Source: Gammaproteobacteria bacterium (GTDB taxonomy: Bacteria > Pseudomonadota > Gammaproteobacteria > Eutrophobiales > Eutrophobiaceae). From it: a stretch of DNA of 64,000 nt. Both the position numbers and the translations under genes were made by a program. Below the pieces are notes generated by a model. That model did no database searches. It saw only the letters and a list, made by a program, of their open reading frames with translations, and had not been told where the DNA came from. Shown one piece after another: positions 59,464 to 64,000 of this stretch. Position 1 is the stretch's first letter, and each line of letters opens with the position of its first letter. Location of the stretch: contig JANQNX010000011.1 in assembly GCA_028279365.1 (NCBI GenBank), positions 16,118 to 80,117 on the forward strand, given 5' to 3'.

Positions 59464-60309
59464 ATGATGCCATTTGTAATTAATGAAAATGAAACGGAAC
59501 ACTTCTTTTATTCATTAAAAAGTCTGGTTAGCAATCAATCTCCGGGTATGCATAAGAGTCATGCCATTGGACCGGGTAATGATTTTTATAGAGTGGTTCC
59601 TTTTTCTCGCCATCATGATGCTAAACGAATTGATCTGCGTGCAACGTTACGCGATCCGTATAAAGAATTATATGTAAGACAATTTCGTCAACGGAGTCGT
59701 ATATCCGTAAATGTCATCGTTGATTGTTCAAGCTCGATGAATTTTTCAACCAGGCTTTATGAGATTGAGAGGTTTATTAAGTCTTCGCTGCTGTCTGCAT
59801 CAAAAGTAAAAGACAAATTTAATTGCTTTTTATGTCATGAAAAAATAACTCATATGCATGCGAATGATGTTACATCATTAAATCTCAAGGAACACCTCAA
59901 TTTGGACTTTTTGGAGAGGCAAGATGCATCAGAAAGCCTTTCAAAGGTATATCAAAGACTTCCTGCGAGAGATACGCTGGTCTTTTTTGTCTCTGATTTT
60001 CATTTTAATGATCATTTTTTATCTACTGTTTTTCACTCGTTAAAAAAACACAGATTAATACCTGTCGTTAGCTGGGCAGTGAGAGAGCAGAAATATCCTA
60101 AATGGGGAATAGCAAAACTAGAAGATGCAGAAAAAAGAGAGAGTAAAACAATTATTTTGACACCTAAAAAGAGAGAAGCGTATCAGGAGAAATGGCGTAA
60201 TCGACGAAGAAACCTTGAGCATGTTTTTTCTCAATTTGGCTTGTCAGGTTTTTTTATCAATGGTTGTTTTAATCCAAGAAAAATGACGGAGTATTTTTTT
60301 GCGCAATGA
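59464..60309 (+). CDS. mxaS: DUF58-like MxaS
   Basis: Lies between mxaR and mxaA. Has a DUF58-type vWA-like segment (VIVDCSSSM). Confidence 0.72.
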   Translation: MMPFVINENETEHFFYSLKSLVSNQSPGMHKSHAIGPGNDFYRVVPFSRHHDAKRIDLRATLRDPYKELYVRQFRQRSRISVNVIVDCSSSMNFSTRLYEIERFIKSSLLSASKVKDKFNCFLCHEKITHMHANDVTSLNLKEHLNLDFLERQDASESLSKVYQRLPARDTLVFFVSDFHFNDHFLSTVFHSLKKHRLIPVVSWAVREQKYPKWGIAKLEDAEKRESKTIILTPKKREAYQEKWRNRRRNLEHVFSQFGLSGFFINGCFNPRKMTEYFFAQ

Positions 60310-61238
60310 AAAAGGCATTATTTATCTTCTTTTTTTTCATCGAAACTGCATTTTCAGCTGAAGTTGCCATAGAAGACGTGGTGACCTCATTTGAGTTGGT
60401 GCCTCCAAAACCATACGGTGTATTTGTAGGCGATATTTTAAACTACGAAATAAATTTTACGACACGAGATCTTTTTGTTCTTGATGAAGGCAGTTTACCT
60501 CAAAAAGGAGCTTTGAATTATTGGTTAGAGTTAAAAGAACTTGATATTGAAAAAGAAAAGAATGGTGAAACATCTATATATAGGATTTCATTATATTACC
60601 AAACTTTCTATGTCCCGCTCGTTGTCACTGAGAAAACTATTCCTGAAATCAATTTACAATTAGGTAATAGCGTAAATCATGCGAAATTAGTTATTCCATC
60701 ACAGCATTTCCACATGTCACCTCTGAAGCCGGTTGTCCAAAGAGGTGTTGCTGAAGGGAGTTCTCAAGCCATGGTGCCAATGAGCGATCATTCCCTGGGT
60801 TTGAGAGGGACAAGGCATATAGTATTAAAACTGAGTCTGCTTGGGTTAAGTGTTATTTTTATCATCATGTTGTATGCCTTTAGTAGAGGGTGGTTATTTT
60901 CAATCAATAAAACTCCTTTTTTAAAAGCAAAAAAGAAAATAGTAAAGCTAAAACAAGATGAGGAAGTTAGGCAGGCTTTTCGTGCTTTACATCACGCTTT
61001 TAATGAAACTTACGGTAAAACAGTTTTCATTAGCAGTCTTGACGATTTTTTTATTAAAAATAAAGAATTTTTATCATGTAAAAAGCAGATAGAACAATTC
61101 TTTAAATCATCTTCAAGTATTTTCTATGGGCAAGAATATCACGGTGTCAAAACAGTCATCAATATTAAAGAACTGGCTGATTTTTGTCGGGAGCTGTCTG
61201 ATCTCGAAAAAATAAGTATAAACAAAAGTAGTCGGTAA
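60306..61238 (+). CDS. mxaA: MxaA (Ca insertion / MDH maturation, BatD-like)
   Basis: Signal peptide plus one C-proximal TM helix. ATGA overlap with mxaS. Call is positional within mxaRSACKL. Confidence 0.7.
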   Translation: MKKALFIFFFFIETAFSAEVAIEDVVTSFELVPPKPYGVFVGDILNYEINFTTRDLFVLDEGSLPQKGALNYWLELKELDIEKEKNGETSIYRISLYYQTFYVPLVVTEKTIPEINLQLGNSVNHAKLVIPSQHFHMSPLKPVVQRGVAEGSSQAMVPMSDHSLGLRGTRHIVLKLSLLGLSVIFIIMLYAFSRGWLFSINKTPFLKAKKKIVKLKQDEEVRQAFRALHHAFNETYGKTVFISSLDDFFIKNKEFLSCKKQIEQFFKSSSSIFYGQEYHGVKTVINIKELADFCRELSDLEKISINKSSR

Positions 61239-62227
61239 TGATGGAGTTTCGTTTTGATTTTCTTAATGCTGGCTTCTTATGGTTGTTGCCTTTACTGGCA
61301 TTACCTCTTGTTGGCAGCTTGTTGGATTTTAAAACTTATCCATGGATGAGAATGGTCGCGACAGAAAAGCAGTTCGACTTGGTCAATTTTGTCTTTGTCG
61401 TACTAGGAATGCTTGCTATAACAGGTTTGATTCTTGGTATGGCGGGATTGTATTTAAGTGAACAATCAATAGAGCGATTAGGCAAAGGCGCACACACCTT
61501 TTTTGTTCTTGATCGTAGTGGCAGTATGAACCAAACCTTTGCTGGAAAAACGCCTGATGGAGACAACGAATCCAAGGCGATGGCGGCGCAGCGACTGTTG
61601 GATGAATTCGTTTCTCAACGTACTGAAGATCACTTCGGCGTCATCGGTTTCAGTACTCAGCCATTGTTCGTATTGCCACTCAATAATCATCGCGATGCTA
61701 TTTCTGCTGCGTTTGCGGCATTAAATTCTCCAGGCCTGGCGTTTACTAACGTTGCAAAAGGTTTAGGCATGGCCCTGGAGCAATTTCGTGATCAGGCTTA
61801 TAGCGGTGCGCGGGTCATTGTATTGGTATCAGACGGTGCTGCTACCTTAGACCACAGAGCCCAAAAAGCATTACGAGCCTGGTTTAAAGAATATCGTGTG
61901 AGTCTTTACTGGTTATTTTTACGAACTGAAAATAGCCCCGGTATTTATGATGAACCGGAAGATCCCGGAGATGATAATCCCCGAGTGATGCCGGAACGTT
62001 ATTTACATGATTTTTTCAATACCCTGGCCGTTCCCTATAAAGCTTATGAGGTTGAGGATCCTGAGGCATTACGTAAAGCGATTGATGATGTTTCTAAACT
62101 GGAAAATCGTCCGGTTATTTATCAAGAAAAGATTCAGAAAAAAATGCTTGACCGTTGGTGTTTTGGATTTTCATTGGTTTTATTGAGTTTTTTGACATTC
62201 ATTAAATGGGCGGAGGTTGAATGGTGA
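61238..62227 (+). CDS. mxaC: vWA-domain protein MxaC (BatA-like)
   Basis: N-terminal TM helices and MIDAS motif LDRSGSM. TAATG overlap with mxaA. Confidence 0.8.
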   Translation: MMEFRFDFLNAGFLWLLPLLALPLVGSLLDFKTYPWMRMVATEKQFDLVNFVFVVLGMLAITGLILGMAGLYLSEQSIERLGKGAHTFFVLDRSGSMNQTFAGKTPDGDNESKAMAAQRLLDEFVSQRTEDHFGVIGFSTQPLFVLPLNNHRDAISAAFAALNSPGLAFTNVAKGLGMALEQFRDQAYSGARVIVLVSDGAATLDHRAQKALRAWFKEYRVSLYWLFLRTENSPGIYDEPEDPGDDNPRVMPERYLHDFFNTLAVPYKAYEVEDPEALRKAIDDVSKLENRPVIYQEKIQKKMLDRWCFGFSLVLLSFLTFIKWAEVEW

Positions 62228-62796
62228 ATCTGTCCCGACGTTATTTCAATCGAGGCTTACTCGTTGTTTTAGGATGTTTATTGATTTTATTTTTTCATTT
62301 TTTTTCATTGTACAACAATACAAAAAGCTATAACCAATATGTAAACAGCTCAGAAAGCCTGGATGTAGCATTAGCAAGTGATGAAAAAAGAATACTGACG
62401 GCCGAACAATGGTTTATTAATGCAACTACGTTAGCTAGAGGCGGGTACTATGAGAAAGCAGCAGAGGCATACGCCCAGTCCAGTCGACTAGCAGATAGTG
62501 AATTGCTCGTTTTTATTTACTATAACTTAGGCAATCTCTATTTAAAGCAGGCTATCTCGCAAGCTGAAAAACTCGGTATCGATAGTGCCATGGCATTTAC
62601 TGACGCTGCAAAAAGTTTCTACCGTCGCAGTCTCAGACTATCCCCATCGTTTTTGCAAGCCAAATATAATTATGAAACGGCACAGCGCCTTGTTCGTGAT
62701 TTACCTTTAAATGAAAGTAAAAGTGGAACTGAGGAAGAGGAGGTGCCTGAAGATTTATGGTCGGCAATGCCCGGATTCCCCATAGGTTTACCATGA
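62221..62796 (+). CDS. mxaK: TPR-like MxaK
   Basis: TM anchor plus a TPR-like helical region (YYEKAAEAYAQS..., YNLGNLYLKQA). Overlaps the mxaC stop. Confidence 0.65.
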   Translation: MVNLSRRYFNRGLLVVLGCLLILFFHFFSLYNNTKSYNQYVNSSESLDVALASDEKRILTAEQWFINATTLARGGYYEKAAEAYAQSSRLADSELLVFIYYNLGNLYLKQAISQAEKLGIDSAMAFTDAAKSFYRRSLRLSPSFLQAKYNYETAQRLVRDLPLNESKSGTEEEEVPEDLWSAMPGFPIGLP

Positions 62797-63836
62797 TTCG
62801 CAAATTAAAGCAGTGGCGGTTCCTACTGATCTTATTTTCGTTGATCGCTACTTCAGTGGCCTGTTTTCTACCAAAATTCACTATGCAAAGTGACGTTTAT
62901 CATTGGTTGGTAATGGTTGATATCACCCGCAGCATGAATGCTACTGACTATAAGGAAAATAATAGGCCTGTTTCAAGGTTGGAAAAAGTCAAAGCGGAGC
63001 TGGTTGAAGTATTAAATAAAATGCCTTGCGGCTCAACATTAGGTCTGGGTGTGTTTGCTGAACGTGCACCTGCTATTTTATTTATGCCGATGGAGGTTTG
63101 TGACAATTATCCATTAATTGAAACGACGGTGAATCAACTCGACTGGCGTATGGCATGGGTTGCAGATAGCAACATTGCCAGGGCATTGAATAATACGCTT
63201 AGTTTGATGGATCTGCCGGATTTAAAAAATGCCAAGTTACTTTTTATTACTGACGGTCATGAAGCTCCTCCAGTCAATCCTGATTATGAGCCAGATTTTA
63301 ATGAATATCGTACCAATGATGAGCCAATACCTGGAGCCGTGCGCCTGGCTAATCAACAAAGCGCCGCAATGAATAACCCTGTGGAATTTACGGTAAATAA
63401 GGACAGACGCTATGGTTTATTGGTCGGTGTTGGTGGATTAACTCCGACTAGAATCCCAAAGTTTAATGAAGATGGACATCATGAAGGTTTTTATACCGTT
63501 GATGACGTACCACATGCAGCACGTTTTGGTTTACCAAAAGATCCAAGCAAAATCCCTGGTTATGTGCCTCGTAATGCAGAATGGGGTTCAGAAGCACCAA
63601 AAGGAACTGAACACTTAACTTTTTTGAAAGAAGAGTATTTAAAGTCACTCTCTCAAAAAGCGAGCATGGGTTATCTGTCTCTCAACACAGCAAAAAACTT
63701 ATTTACTGCCATCACACACGATGATTTTTTGCAACGTACCCCGGTTTTAACCTGGTTAGGCTATATCCCGGGGACTGTTGCATTGTTTTTCTTATGTTTG
63801 TTTTATGTTTCAGGGCTACGTGTGTTTATGACTTAG
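62793..63836 (+). CDS. mxaL: vWA-domain protein MxaL (BatB-like)
   Basis: MIDAS-like VDITRSMNA and a C-terminal TM helix. I prefer ATG 62793 (ATGA overlap with the mxaK stop) to the track start at 62757. Confidence 0.75.
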   Translation: MIRKLKQWRFLLILFSLIATSVACFLPKFTMQSDVYHWLVMVDITRSMNATDYKENNRPVSRLEKVKAELVEVLNKMPCGSTLGLGVFAERAPAILFMPMEVCDNYPLIETTVNQLDWRMAWVADSNIARALNNTLSLMDLPDLKNAKLLFITDGHEAPPVNPDYEPDFNEYRTNDEPIPGAVRLANQQSAAMNNPVEFTVNKDRRYGLLVGVGGLTPTRIPKFNEDGHHEGFYTVDDVPHAARFGLPKDPSKIPGYVPRNAEWGSEAPKGTEHLTFLKEEYLKSLSQKASMGYLSLNTAKNLFTAITHDDFLQRTPVLTWLGYIPGTVALFFLCLFYVSGLRVFMT

Positions 63837-63890
63837 TAAAGAAAAGTGTTTTATTGAAATCAATCTGTTTATTTAATGTTAGGAGTTCAT

Positions 63891-64000
63891 ATGAAAAGAG
63901 TATTTATTTTTCTTCTGGTTGTTGTTTGTCAAACGGTTTTCGCTCATGGACCAACACCACAAAAACTCGAGCAAAGTATTTCTATTGAGGTAAAAGCTGA
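63891..64000 (+). CDS. mxaD: MxaD (5-prime part only; runs off the window)
   Basis: Not in the ORF track. AGGAG at 63881-63885, then ATG at 63891. My translation is MKRVFIFLLVVVCQTVFAHGPTPQKLEQSISIEVKA, a signal peptide followed by the start of the mature protein. The call is mainly positional (mxaL is followed by mxaD). Confidence 0.6.
   Translation, partial: MKRVFIFLLVVVCQTVFAHGPTPQKLEQSISIEVKA

Overview
This 64-kb window looks like the chromosome of a methylotrophic gammaproteobacterium. The core gene order matches the Pseudomonas/Thiotrichales pattern. Together with a complete mxaFJGIRSACKL(D) methanol dehydrogenase cluster and a moderately AT-rich composition, this makes a Methylophaga-like organism plausible, but I cannot confirm that without a database search.

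Layout, left to right:
- gatCAB (minus strand), divergent from the mreBCD-mrdA-rodA-mltB-rlpA-dacA cell-wall block.
- dat and queD.
- A minus-strand accessory block: ABC-2 exporter, tandem cNMP-binding protein, DUF4389-like protein, alpha-E protein and circularly permuted ATP-grasp protein.
- ybeD-lipB-lipA.
- A roughly 9-kb, markedly AT-rich envelope-glycan modification island (20765-29799).
- M23 peptidase and xseA, divergent from guaBA.
- tadA-pncC, then an orphan PP2C phosphatase and a WYL-domain regulator inserted just upstream of recA-recX-alaS-lysC-csrA.
- tRNA-Ser, followed by tRNA-3-prime-end-like repeat modules.
- A 4xCxxC hypothetical gene.
- tRNA-Arg carrying a 2.4-kb integrase-less islet (ALDH and TetR), bounded by a decayed copy of the tRNA 3-prime half.
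- A PepSY/OmpR/HK module.
- A degenerate sensor-kinase remnant with a LuxR-type response regulator.
- Four small orphan genes.
- The mxa cluster.

I found no CRISPR array, transposase or integrase.

The best candidates for something undescribed are:
1. The Arn/Lgm-like glycan island, which carries FemAB-type and MprF-TM-like components.
2. The WYL regulator divergent from a recA gene that lacks a LexA box.
3. The tRNA-like repeat modules downstream of tRNA-Ser.
4. The ATP-grasp/alpha-E block.

All functional calls come from reading motifs by eye and from gene order. No searches were run.
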